A stretch of DNA of 53,859 nt from Bdellovibrionales bacterium (GTDB lineage: Bacteria; Bdellovibrionota; UBA1018; CAIMNF01): the NCBI GenBank assembly GCA_040380025.1, contig JBEIJY010000015.1, forward strand, positions 1 to 53,859, given 5' to 3'. The notes under the pieces were generated by a model, which saw only the letters and a list, made by a program, of their open reading frames with translations, was not told the DNA's origin and made no database searches. The translations under genes were made by a program, and so were the position numbers. Positions within the stretch are counted from its first letter, which is position 1. Every line of letters starts with the position of its first letter. Positions 9,676 through 18,716 of this stretch are shown in pieces.

Positions 9676-11340
9676 CTACTTGCCGCCCGAACGAAGGGTG
9701 AGCGCCAATCCGATGGCGAGGAACACCAGCCCTGCGATCGGGAACTCATCCCAATGCGGCCCCTTGTCGGCATGAATGAGAATCGCGCCAACGAGCAAAA
9801 AACCGAAGCTCGAAATCGAACGGGCAATCCGACGTGCCCCCCGGTCGGTGACTTGGGCGAGGCGGGCGACCTCGGGCGACTTGAGCTCGATCGCGTAGTC
9901 GTTTCGCGCGAGCTTGCGAAGCGCCCAGCGAAGATTCCGCGGCAAGGTTTCGAGGAGCGCGCTCAGCTCTTTTGCGATCTTGAAGGCATCGCCCTTGAGC
10001 CGGGCGGGAGACATCTGGATCTTCACCAAATCGAGAATCAGGCTCTCGCCCATCGCGATCATGTCGAAGCGCGGGTCGAGGAGCCGCCCCATGCCTTCCA
10101 TGGTCAGGATCGCACGGAACACGAGCATCCAGTCACCCGGCACCCGAATGTTGTACTTTGCGGCGATCTTGGTGGCCTCGATCAGGACCCGGCCCGAATT
10201 CACATCGTCGATGCTGAGTCCGAGATAGGGCGAAAGCACATTCCGCACCTCGCGCTGGAACGAATCAAAATCGATCGTCGTATCGGCCGAGCCAAGGTCG
10301 GCGTAGGTGTAGCAAAGTGTCTCGTAGTCCTCTTGCAGGAGGGCCCAGACCATGGTCACGAGCTGATCGCGCGATTTTTGCGAAAGCCGGCCCACAATGC
10401 CAAAATCGATCACGCCCAAGCGGTCGCCCGGCAGGATGAACAGATTCCCGCCATGAAGGTCGCCATGAAAGAGCCCGTGCTTCAGCACGGAGCTCAAAAA
10501 CGCCTGCGCCCCGAGGGTCACGATCTTTGCGCGGTCGATATTCGACGACAGAACGGCCTCACGATCGTTCAGTTTGATTCCATCGAAGCGCTCAAGCACG
10601 AGCACCTCGTGGGTCGAAAGCTCGTGGTAAACCCGCGGAAACACCAGATCGGGGAACTCGGCCGAGTTCTTGCGGATTTTTTCGATGTTATTGGCCTCGA
10701 TCTTGAAATCCAGCTCGTACTGGAGGGCCTTGAAGAACTCCTCGACGAACACCTTCGGATTCAGCACCCGAAGCTCCGGGAAATACTTCTCGAACATCTC
10801 GGCAAGGAGCGAGAGGAGCGAAACGTCGGTTTCGATGACTTTGCGGATATCCGGGCGAAGGACCTTGATCACGACCCGCTCGCCCGAGATGAGCACGGCT
10901 TCGTGAACCTGACCGATGCTGGCCGCACCCAAGGGCACAGGACCGATCTCGCGAAAGGCCGTCTGCACCTTGGCACCGAGCTCGCGGTTCAGCACCTCGC
11001 GCACGGTCTCGAAGGGCATGGGGTTCACCCGGTCTTGGAGCTTCACGAGCTCATCGACCACGTGGTCGGGAACCAAATCAGGCCGCATCGAGAGCACCTG
11101 GCCGAACTTCACAAAGGTCGGGCCGAGCTCTTCGAACGCAAGCCGCATCCGTTCGCCGATGCTCCGGGATTCGTCGGTTTCGGCCCACTTGGCGATCCGG
11201 CCCGGAACCAGATTGTCGAGCTTCAGCCGCTGGACCACATCGCCGAATCCGTGCTTCGAAAGCACCGAGACGATCTGCCTGAGCCGCCCCGCGCCCTTCA
11301 TGGCCCTTGAAATCTGAATTCCCCGTCTGACGATTCCCAT
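9676..11340 (-). CDS. ubiB: ABC1/UbiB family atypical kinase
   Basis: LGPTFVKFGQVLS, AASIGQVH, VIKVLRP, FHGDLHGGN and DFG motifs, with C-terminal TMs. Confidence 0.9.
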   Translation of the reverse strand: MGIVRRGIQISRAMKGAGRLRQIVSVLSKHGFGDVVQRLKLDNLVPGRIAKWAETDESRSIGERMRLAFEELGPTFVKFGQVLSMRPDLVPDHVVDELVKLQDRVNPMPFETVREVLNRELGAKVQTAFREIGPVPLGAASIGQVHEAVLISGERVVIKVLRPDIRKVIETDVSLLSLLAEMFEKYFPELRVLNPKVFVEEFFKALQYELDFKIEANNIEKIRKNSAEFPDLVFPRVYHELSTHEVLVLERFDGIKLNDREAVLSSNIDRAKIVTLGAQAFLSSVLKHGLFHGDLHGGNLFILPGDRLGVIDFGIVGRLSQKSRDQLVTMVWALLQEDYETLCYTYADLGSADTTIDFDSFQREVRNVLSPYLGLSIDDVNSGRVLIEATKIAAKYNIRVPGDWMLVFRAILTMEGMGRLLDPRFDMIAMGESLILDLVKIQMSPARLKGDAFKIAKELSALLETLPRNLRWALRKLARNDYAIELKSPEVARLAQVTDRGARRIARSISSFGFLLVGAILIHADKGPHWDEFPIAGLVFLAIGLALTLRSGGK

Positions 11341-11349
11341 TATTCCGTT

Positions 11350-13548
11350 CTACTCTTCCAGCAAACGAAACTCAACGGTGCGCGAGTCGAGGTCGACCTT
11401 GACCACCTGGATCCTCACCTTCATGCCGATCGTGAACACCTTGCGCTTCTTCCGGCCCACGAGCATCATCCGTTCTTCTTGGAACTGGTACCAGTCGCCT
11501 TTCATGCTCGCGGTCGGGACCATGCCCTCGCAGTACGGGTGCCAGAGCTGGATGAACATCCCTTTTTCGGTGAGGCCGTTCACCTTTCCGTCGAACTCTC
11601 CGCCGATGTTCTTGGCCATCATCCGAAGCTGTTTGAACCGGATCGACTCCCGCTCGGCATCGCTTGCAACGCGCTCACGATAACTGCAGTGCTCGGCCAT
11701 CTCGTCGAGCCGCTCTTGCTCGGCCTGCTGTTGCTTGGTTCCCGGATGGGGGGTCTTTTGGGTCTCGCGGTGAAGCGCCGCCCGCAACAGCCGATGGACG
11801 ATCAGGTCCGGGTACCGGCGAATGGGCGAGGTGAAGTGGGTGTACCCTTCGGACGCAAGCCCGTAATGTTCGCCATGCGAAGCGCTGTAAATCGCCTGTC
11901 GCATGGACCGAAGGAGCGCGACGGCCAGAACAGGCTCGGCGGGGTGATCCTTCAGGCTCCGCACGAACTCGGCCATCACATGGGGCCGGGGCACTCCGGC
12001 CTTTGCGGCAATCGCTACCCCCATGTTCTTCGAGAGCCGGCGGAACTTCTCGATCGCCTCGACCGAGGGTTCCTCGTGGATCCGGTACACGAACGGGAGC
12101 TTCCGGTCGAGCATCCACTCAGTCACCGATTCATTGGCCGCGATCATGAACTCTTCGATGAGGCGGTGGGCGTCGTTCCGTTCGCGAACGACAATGTCGT
12201 GGGGCTCGCCGGTTTTTTCGTCGAGCTGGATCTCGGACTCGGGGAAGTCGAAGTCGATCGACCCCCGCTCATGGCGGGATTTCTTCAAAATCCGATACAG
12301 GTCGAAAAGATCCTTGTGCCGGGGATCGTCTTTCTCGGCCTCGATCTCAGTGTAAGTCGCGCGTCTTCGGGACTCGATGATCGCATCATACAGGCGCACC
12401 TCGCCCTTTTCGCCGTCACGGGTGTAGTCGATCGAGCAGGCCATCGAGAGCCGGGGCACATGGGGCTTCAGACTGCAAAGCTCCTCCGAGAGAGCCCGGG
12501 GAAGCATATGAAACGCCCGTTCGGGAAAGTAAACCGAGGTCGCCCGTGCATAGGCTTCGCGGTCGAGTGCCGTGCCCTCCTTCACGTAGTGCGAAACATC
12601 GGCGATCGCGACCCAAAGGCGATACCCGTGATGCTCGAGTTTTTCGACATACACGGCATCGTCAAAGTCGCGGGCCCGCTCCCCGTCGATCGTAAAAAAC
12701 GGGATCTGCCGCAGGTCCGTCCGGCCGATTTCGTCCTTGCCCGGAATTTCGAGGCGATACCCTTCGGCCTGTTTGACGGCATCGAACGAATGATGCTCCT
12801 TCAGGTTGAACTCGCCCGCAACCATTTGAATATCGAACGAGGCAGGGAGCTCGGGCCCGATCCGCTCGAGGATCTTGGCCGTGATCATGCCCTGTTCGCC
12901 GAATACCATTTCGGCCCTGACCCAATCGCCCTCTTTGACCTCGGCGGGCACGAGGGGCACATACACCTCTTCGCGGGCCTTTTTTCGCTCGTACACAAGG
13001 TACCCGGTGCGGGCCTTGCTTTTTGCTTTTTTGAATTCGCGGCCGAACTCATGGCCGTCGCCCAAAGAAACGCGGCCGAAGATCTCCTTGAACCGGTGCT
13101 CGAGCACCTTCAGGTCTTCGATCTCTCCGCGGTCGTTCACAAAGACCTCGACGCGGTCGCCATGAAAAAGCTGATCGACATAGTACCGGGGAATAAACAC
13201 GTCTTCGAGATCGGCGCGGTCAAAAATCAAAAAAGCCGAGCCGCGCTTGTTCTTATCGATGACCCCCTTCAGCCGGACCCAGTCGGGATTCGGGGCAACG
13301 GGAGAGCGGGGTCTCCTGGGCTCATGACGGGCGGGGCGATCGCCGCCACGACGGCGGTCGCCGGGATGATTCTTGTGGCGTCCCTCGGGGCGCTTTGCCT
13401 CGGGGCGCTTTGCCTCCGTGCGCCTTGCCTCCGTGCGTACGTGTTTTTTGCCGGATGGTCCCGGCTTCTGTTCTTCTTTTTGCGGTTTCTTCACCGGATT
13501 TCCGATGGTGTGGGCGCGGCCGGAACGATCATAAAAAACCTTCGACAT
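11350..13548 (-). CDS. rnr: Ribonuclease R
   Basis: TIDGERARDFDDAV, IEEFMIAAN and YTHFTSPIRRYPDL motifs with a C-terminal S1 domain. Start at ATG 13548 preferred (alternative GTG 13584). Confidence 0.93.
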   Translation of the reverse strand: MSKVFYDRSGRAHTIGNPVKKPQKEEQKPGPSGKKHVRTEARRTEAKRPEAKRPEGRHKNHPGDRRRGGDRPARHEPRRPRSPVAPNPDWVRLKGVIDKNKRGSAFLIFDRADLEDVFIPRYYVDQLFHGDRVEVFVNDRGEIEDLKVLEHRFKEIFGRVSLGDGHEFGREFKKAKSKARTGYLVYERKKAREEVYVPLVPAEVKEGDWVRAEMVFGEQGMITAKILERIGPELPASFDIQMVAGEFNLKEHHSFDAVKQAEGYRLEIPGKDEIGRTDLRQIPFFTIDGERARDFDDAVYVEKLEHHGYRLWVAIADVSHYVKEGTALDREAYARATSVYFPERAFHMLPRALSEELCSLKPHVPRLSMACSIDYTRDGEKGEVRLYDAIIESRRRATYTEIEAEKDDPRHKDLFDLYRILKKSRHERGSIDFDFPESEIQLDEKTGEPHDIVVRERNDAHRLIEEFMIAANESVTEWMLDRKLPFVYRIHEEPSVEAIEKFRRLSKNMGVAIAAKAGVPRPHVMAEFVRSLKDHPAEPVLAVALLRSMRQAIYSASHGEHYGLASEGYTHFTSPIRRYPDLIVHRLLRAALHRETQKTPHPGTKQQQAEQERLDEMAEHCSYRERVASDAERESIRFKQLRMMAKNIGGEFDGKVNGLTEKGMFIQLWHPYCEGMVPTASMKGDWYQFQEERMMLVGRKKRKVFTIGMKVRIQVVKVDLDSRTVEFRLLEE

Positions 13549-13610
13549 GCCCGAGAGCTTAACGAGGTTTTGATCAGAGTTCACTTCTTTTCATGGTAAA
13601 AGAAGAGCCC

Positions 13611-14567
13611 ATGTGGCCCCTCCTTCGATTCTTTCTTTTTTGGTTCGACCCCGAAGACGCGCACACGCTCGCAAAGCACGGGATCCGGCTTCTGGCCCGG
13701 ATTCTTCCGCTCCCGATCGACACCCGCGACAATCTGATCGGCCTTGCGGCCGGATTCGACAAGAATGCCGAGCTGATCGAGGCCCTCCCGAAGTTCGGAT
13801 TCGGCTCGGTCGAGGTGGGTACCGTGACGCCACTTCCACAGGGCGGGAATCCGCGGCCCCGGATCTTCCGGAATCCGCGCGAAAAAACCCTGTTCAACCG
13901 CATGGGATTCAACAATCTCGGAGCCGGCATCATCTCGGAACGGGTACGCGAGGCAAAAAAGCGCACCCCGGAGGGATTCCGGATTCGCGTGAACCTCGGC
14001 AAGAACCGCTCGACCCCCGATGAGTCCGCCCCCGCCGACTACGCAAATGCGGCCAGGCCTTTTTTGGATACCGCCGATGATTTTGTGATCAACGTCAGTT
14101 CTCCCAACACTCCCGGGCTTCGGGCCCTGCAAGCGCCGTCTGCGCTGATTCCGATCGTCCGCGCCGTCCGGGAGGTGATCGCCGGGGGCACCCGCACGAT
14201 CCCGCTCTGGGTGAAACTCGCGCCCGAGCTCACCGGAGAACCACTGAAGGAGCTGGTTTCGGCGCTCGAGGATGCGAAAATTGACGGAATCGTCCTCACG
14301 AACACGCTTGCCGGCACTCATATATATAGAGGAAGCGCTCTCACGGGCGGATGGAGCGGCGGCTCTTTGACCGGATTGGCGCTCGAGCGCCTGATCGAAG
14401 TGAGATCACTGACGAGCCTGCCTGTGATCTCGGCGGGCGGAATCATGACGGTCGAAGATGCCCTTGCGCGGATGAATGCAGGTGCGACAGGAATTCAACT
14501 CTATACGGGATGGATCTATGGCGGACCTTTCTTTGCCCGAAAAATTCTGCGCGCGCTCCGGCGATAA
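13611..14567 (+). CDS. pyrD: Dihydroorotate dehydrogenase (quinone)
   Basis: GLAAGFDKNAE, NRMGFNN, NVSSPNTPGLR, VKLAP and LTNT motifs. Confidence 0.95.
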   Translation: MWPLLRFFLFWFDPEDAHTLAKHGIRLLARILPLPIDTRDNLIGLAAGFDKNAELIEALPKFGFGSVEVGTVTPLPQGGNPRPRIFRNPREKTLFNRMGFNNLGAGIISERVREAKKRTPEGFRIRVNLGKNRSTPDESAPADYANAARPFLDTADDFVINVSSPNTPGLRALQAPSALIPIVRAVREVIAGGTRTIPLWVKLAPELTGEPLKELVSALEDAKIDGIVLTNTLAGTHIYRGSALTGGWSGGSLTGLALERLIEVRSLTSLPVISAGGIMTVEDALARMNAGATGIQLYTGWIYGGPFFARKILRALRR

Positions 14568-14600
14568 GCCCACCCCGATCCCCGCAGTCATGAAAAAGGC

Positions 14601-14636
14601 AAAAAAAAACCCCGGACTCTCGTCCAGGGTTTTTGC
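14601..14636 (-). terminator. Intrinsic terminator (possibly bidirectional)
   Basis: Minus strand reads AAAAACCCTGGAC-GAGA-GTCCGGGG followed by a run of T's. It lies between convergent pyrD and the microprotein gene. Confidence 0.85.
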
Positions 14637-14655
14637 AATTCTTGCTGGAAAAAAA

Positions 14656-14730
14656 CTACTTCTTAGCAGTTTTTTTCTTAGCGGTTTTTTTCTTTGCAGT
14701 TTTCTTTTTTGCTGCTTTCTTCTTAGCCAT
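14656..14730 (-). CDS. 24-aa lysine-rich microprotein (MAKKKAAKKKTAKKKTAKKKTAKK)
   Basis: SD GGAGG, ATG...TAG, an upstream sigma70-like promoter and a downstream terminator. Synonymous codons vary between the repeats. Confidence 0.75.
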   Translation of the reverse strand: MAKKKAAKKKTAKKKTAKKKTAKK

Positions 14731-14783
14731 TTTTCGTTTCCTCCATTTGGTAAAAATTGCCTGGGCAATTCCTTACACCTTCG

Positions 14784-14811
14784 ATGTTACAGTGCTTCCC
14801 GAGAAGTTCAA
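14784..14811 (-). promoter_or_regulatory. Sigma70-like promoter of the microprotein gene
   Basis: TTGAAC-N16-TAACAT preceded by an A-rich UP-like tract. Confidence 0.55.
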
Positions 14812-14850
14812 GCGTTTATTTTTCTTTTTTGCTTTTTTTAAAAAAATTTC

Positions 14851-14878
14851 TCAAGTCATCGCGGACACACTCCGATGT
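14851..14878 (+). promoter_or_regulatory. Putative sigma28 (FliA) promoter of flagellin 1
   Basis: TCAA-N16-TCCGATGT about 90 nt upstream of the flagellin start. Confidence 0.65.
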
Positions 14879-14885
14879 GTTCAGT

Positions 14886-14968
14886 GAGCACCTTGTACCG
14901 GTCACGGATTGACCACCAACTCGGGTGCTCGATGTGAAGAAGTGAGTTTGGCCTTCATGGAGGAAGGT
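14886..14968 (+). promoter_or_regulatory. Structured flagellin leader with two CsrA-type GGA hairpins
   Basis: GGTCA-CGGAT-TGACC (14900-14914) nested in the stem GAGCACC/GGTGCTC, plus CCTTC-ATGGAG-GAAGG over the SD. Confidence 0.65.
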
Positions 14969-14969
14969 T

Positions 14970-15815
14970 ATGGGATTGCGAATCAACACGAATGTTCCCT
15001 CGCTCGTTGCCCAGCGAAACTTGCGGTCAAACCGCACAGTTCTCGATCGAACGCTCGAGCGCTTGAGCTCCGGTTCGAGGATCAATCACGCGGGTGATGA
15101 TGCCGCGGGACTCGCGATCTCCGAAACCATGCGGGCACAGATCCGCGGAATCTCCCAGGCCGAACGGAACGCGCAGGACGGAATCTCACTGGTCCAGGTG
15201 GCCGAAGGCGGCCTCGTCGAAGTCTCGAACATCCTGATCCGCATGCGCGAACTCGGGGTCCAGGCGGCATCCGACACGGTCGGCACCCGCGAACGCAAAT
15301 TTCTCGACAATGAATTCCAGCAACTCTCCGAGGAAATCGACCGGATCGCGAATTCGATCGAATTCAACGGAAATCCCCTGCTGAACGGCTCCGGAAGTGC
15401 GTTCGAGGTCCAGATCGGAACCAAGAACAACCCCCTCGTCGACCGGATCAAGCTCTTCGACCCGTATTCCTCGAACGTGAACCTGGTCTCGCTCGGAATC
15501 AATCTTTCGACCGTCGGAGACAAGACCTCGGCCCAGAACTCGCTTGCGAGCATCGACCAGGCCCTGAACACCGTCACCTCGATCCGCGCCGGATTCGGAT
15601 CGATGCAAAACCGTCTGCAGTCGGTGATCACCAACTTGCAGGTGAACCGCGAAAATTTGATGTCCGCCAACAGCCGCATCCGCGACGCGGATCTCGCGGA
15701 GGAGACTTCGGAACTCACGAAGTCCCAGATCCTGAACCAGGCGGGCGTATCGGTTCTTTCCCAGGCAAACTCTTCGATCAAGAGCGTGCTCGGGCTCCTC
15801 GGTGCCCAAGGATAA
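14970..15815 (+). CDS. fliC: Flagellin 1 (281 aa)
   Basis: LRINTN, LSSGSRINHAGDDAAGLAISE, and SRIRDADLAEE...QAN flagellin termini. Confidence 0.97.
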   Translation: MGLRINTNVPSLVAQRNLRSNRTVLDRTLERLSSGSRINHAGDDAAGLAISETMRAQIRGISQAERNAQDGISLVQVAEGGLVEVSNILIRMRELGVQAASDTVGTRERKFLDNEFQQLSEEIDRIANSIEFNGNPLLNGSGSAFEVQIGTKNNPLVDRIKLFDPYSSNVNLVSLGINLSTVGDKTSAQNSLASIDQALNTVTSIRAGFGSMQNRLQSVITNLQVNRENLMSANSRIRDADLAEETSELTKSQILNQAGVSVLSQANSSIKSVLGLLGAQG

Positions 15816-16083
15816 GGGGCGCGTGGAGAGACAAACGATTTTTAGGACGTAGGCGTTGCCTCGTCTGTTTCCTGGATCGATTCCACCCCTCTTGCGTGAA
15901 GAGAGGATCTCCGGTGCGCAGGAGGGGGGATCGAAGGAAGGAAAAACGGTTTCGTTAAACCGCGGTTCGAACGGAGATCGGTGATCTCCGGGAGAACCGC
16001 ACCAGAAAATCGGCATGGATTGCCGGCCGCGGTTTTGGTCGACTGCGGGTGATCATGGAGGACGCTTTTTATGGATGGCTAGT

Positions 16084-16917
16084 ATGGGACTCAGAGTAAA
16101 TACGAACGTTTCTTCGTTGATTGCACAACGGAGCCTGGGCGGGACCCGGGCGGCCTTGAGCAAAAACCTCGAACGGCTTGCGAGCGGCAGCCGGATCAAC
16201 ACCGCAGGCGACGATGCCGCGGGGCTTGCGATCTCGGAGCATCTCCGGGCGCAGGTCCGGGGCCTGAAACAGGCGCGCCGGAACGCGCAGGACGGGATCT
16301 CGCTCGTCCAGGTTTCAGAAGGCGGCCTGAATGAGGTCACGAACATCCTGATCCGCCTCCGGGAACTTGCGATCCAGTCCGCATCGGACACGATCGGAGA
16401 CCGCGAACGGGGCTTCACCGACCGGGAATTCCAGGCGCTGAAGTCCGAGATCGACCGAATCGCGATGAGCACGAACTTCAACGGTACGCCCCTTTTGAAC
16501 GGGCGTGCGGGGATCTTCGAGATCCAGGTCGGAACCGGGAACAATCCCCTGACCGACCGGATCGTGTACGACGGCCAGAGCGCCGATGTCTCGCTCCAGT
16601 CGCTCCGGCTCTCGGGAGAAAGCTGCGGAACCAAACAAGGCGCCCAGCTCACTCTTGCGGTGATCGACGATGCGATCGGGCAGGTCAGCAAGGTGCGATC
16701 CGACCTCGGTGCGGTTCAGAACCGGCTCCAGTCCACCACGAACAACCTCGCGGTGAACGAAGAGAACATGACCGCGGCGAACAGCCGGATCCGCGATGCG
16801 GACCTCGCCGAAGAAGTGTCAGAAATGACGAAGAACAACATCCTGATGCAGGCCGGAATCTCGGTCCTGGGCCAGGCCAACCAAAGCGCGCAGATGGCGC
16901 TGAAACTCCTCGGGTGA
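16084..16917 (+). CDS. fliC: Flagellin 2 (277 aa)
   Basis: Flagellin N- and C-terminal motifs. Start MGLRVNTN chosen by alignment to the paralogs (alternative ATG 16075). Confidence 0.96.
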   Translation: MGLRVNTNVSSLIAQRSLGGTRAALSKNLERLASGSRINTAGDDAAGLAISEHLRAQVRGLKQARRNAQDGISLVQVSEGGLNEVTNILIRLRELAIQSASDTIGDRERGFTDREFQALKSEIDRIAMSTNFNGTPLLNGRAGIFEIQVGTGNNPLTDRIVYDGQSADVSLQSLRLSGESCGTKQGAQLTLAVIDDAIGQVSKVRSDLGAVQNRLQSTTNNLAVNEENMTAANSRIRDADLAEEVSEMTKNNILMQAGISVLGQANQSAQMALKLLG

Positions 16918-16935
16918 CGAGGGAAGGAGACTGAA

Positions 16936-17769
16936 ATGGGATTGCGAATCAATACGAATCTCTCCTCGCTCGCCGCGATGAGAACCTTGAACTCGAACAA
17001 ACACGCCCTCGACGGAGCCCTGGAGAGGCTCTCGAGCGGGAACCGGATCAACCGCGCCGGGGACGACGCCGCGGGTCTTGCGATCTCAGAGAACCTGCGG
17101 GCGCAGATCCGGGGAATGAGGCAAGCCAAACGGAATGCCCAGGACGGGATCTCGCTGATCCAGGTGACCGAAGGAGGCTTGAACGAGGTCTCGAACATGA
17201 TCATCCGGCTCCGGGAACTGGCGATCCAGGCCGCGTCGGACACGCTCGGCGACAAAGAGCGATCCTTCACGGATCGGGAATTCCAGGCACTGAAGAGCGA
17301 GATCACCCGGATCGCGGAGTCGACGAACTTCAACGGGACCCCGCTCTTGAATGGCAAGACGGGCTTGCTCGAGTTCCAGATCGGAAACCACAACAATCCG
17401 AGCACGGACCGGCTGGCCTACAACGCCAAGAACTCGGATGTGTCGCTCGAAGCGCTCGGACTGGTCGGAGAAAGCATCGCCACCAAGGTCGGCGCGCAAA
17501 CCACGCTCGCGAACCTCGATGATGCCCTGATGAAGATCAACTCGGTGCGAGCAGACCTCGGAGCCATGCAAAACCGGATGCAGTCGACGATCAACTCGCT
17601 TGCCATCAGCGACGAGAACCTTTCGGCCGCGAACAGCCGGATCCGCGATGCCGATCTCGCGCAGGAAGTCTCGGACATGACGAAGTACAACATCCTGATG
17701 CAGTCCGGGATCTCGGTCCTGGGCCAGGCGAACCAGTCCGCACAGGCCGCGCTCAAGCTGATCGGGTGA
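16936..17769 (+). CDS. fliC: Flagellin 3 (277 aa)
   Basis: Flagellin N- and C-terminal motifs, SD AAGGAG. Confidence 0.97.
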   Translation: MGLRINTNLSSLAAMRTLNSNKHALDGALERLSSGNRINRAGDDAAGLAISENLRAQIRGMRQAKRNAQDGISLIQVTEGGLNEVSNMIIRLRELAIQAASDTLGDKERSFTDREFQALKSEITRIAESTNFNGTPLLNGKTGLLEFQIGNHNNPSTDRLAYNAKNSDVSLEALGLVGESIATKVGAQTTLANLDDALMKINSVRADLGAMQNRMQSTINSLAISDENLSAANSRIRDADLAQEVSDMTKYNILMQSGISVLGQANQSAQAALKLIG

Positions 17770-17777
17770 CCGAAACG

Positions 17778-17827
17778 CAAAAAAGAAGGGGGAGGAGCCG
17801 ACGACCAACGGCTTCTCCCTCTTTTTG
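17778..17827 (+). terminator. Intrinsic terminator after the flagellin cluster
   Basis: GGGGGAGGAGCCG...CGGCTTCTCCCT hairpin followed by CTTTTT. Confidence 0.75.
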
Positions 17828-17843
17828 CTATACTGGAATCAGC

Positions 17844-18716
17844 ATGGAAAAAAAGAAGGTGTTGATCGTCGGAGGAAATGGCTTCGTGGGCTCGAGCCTC
17901 GCACGCAGTTTGAGTCGGGAATTCAAGGTCATCTGCACCCATCGCGCGCGGGTGACTTCCCTGCCCGGTGTCGATTATATGCAATTCGGGCAGTTTCACG
18001 AAAAAGACCGGTGCACGAACCTGGTCCAGACGATCGAGCCCGAAGTGGTGATTTATGCCGCAGGCTCGAACGATCCCGCCCGATGCGAAAAAGACCCTTC
18101 GCTCACCACCCTGACCCATCTGACGGGCCCGAACCACATGCTGATCGCAAGCGACTATGTGAAGGCGAAATACATTTACCTTTCGAGCGACTGGGTGTTT
18201 TCGGGGGTGGAGGGGAATTTTTCAGAGACCGACACGCCGATCCCCTCGTCCGCGCTCGGTAAAACCAAACTGAACGCCGAGAACTACATCCGGAGCCGCT
18301 CGCTCAATCACATCATCATCCGCTCGGCGCCCCTGCTCGGACGCGGAACGCTCGATCACCCCTCGTGGCTCGATCTGCTCCGCGAAAACGAGATCACCGG
18401 CAGGCACAAAGGCTACCCGGGCAACTCGGTTCACAACCCCGTGCATGTGGGGGAGCTTGCCCGGATGATTCAAAAAATCATCGAAAATGATGTCCGCAAC
18501 AAGACGCTCCACCTGGGCGGACTCACGAAGCTATCGCTTTTGGGGTTAGGAGAGCGGTTTCTATCGGAGTTCGGGTACGGTCAGAAGCCCCTGCCCGACA
18601 GCGCCTCCTCGGGGAATGTGCTGAAGCAGGATTACTCTTTGAACTTCACGCAAACCCTGAAGCTACTCAAGACTGAGCCCTTGTTCCTGAAGCAAAGCCT
18701 TGATCTGCTCGAGTAG
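17844..18716 (+). CDS. RmlD-like SDR (dTDP-4-dehydrorhamnose reductase family)
   Basis: GGNGFVG Rossmann motif and LSSDWVFSG..G.FSE.D.P.P. The YxxxK motif reads LGKTK. Confidence 0.8.
   Translation: MEKKKVLIVGGNGFVGSSLARSLSREFKVICTHRARVTSLPGVDYMQFGQFHEKDRCTNLVQTIEPEVVIYAAGSNDPARCEKDPSLTTLTHLTGPNHMLIASDYVKAKYIYLSSDWVFSGVEGNFSETDTPIPSSALGKTKLNAENYIRSRSLNHIIIRSAPLLGRGTLDHPSWLDLLRENEITGRHKGYPGNSVHNPVHVGELARMIQKIIENDVRNKTLHLGGLTKLSLLGLGERFLSEFGYGQKPLPDSASSGNVLKQDYSLNFTQTLKLLKTEPLFLKQSLDLLE

Noticed and set aside
9754..13599. Long + strand ORFs (518 aa and 706 aa) and similar antisense ORFs elsewhere (e.g. 3918-5294, 21230-22642, 38853-40277, 51671-52948)
   Set aside because: They are shadow frames of well-supported genes on the opposite strand in GC-rich DNA and have no recognisable motifs.
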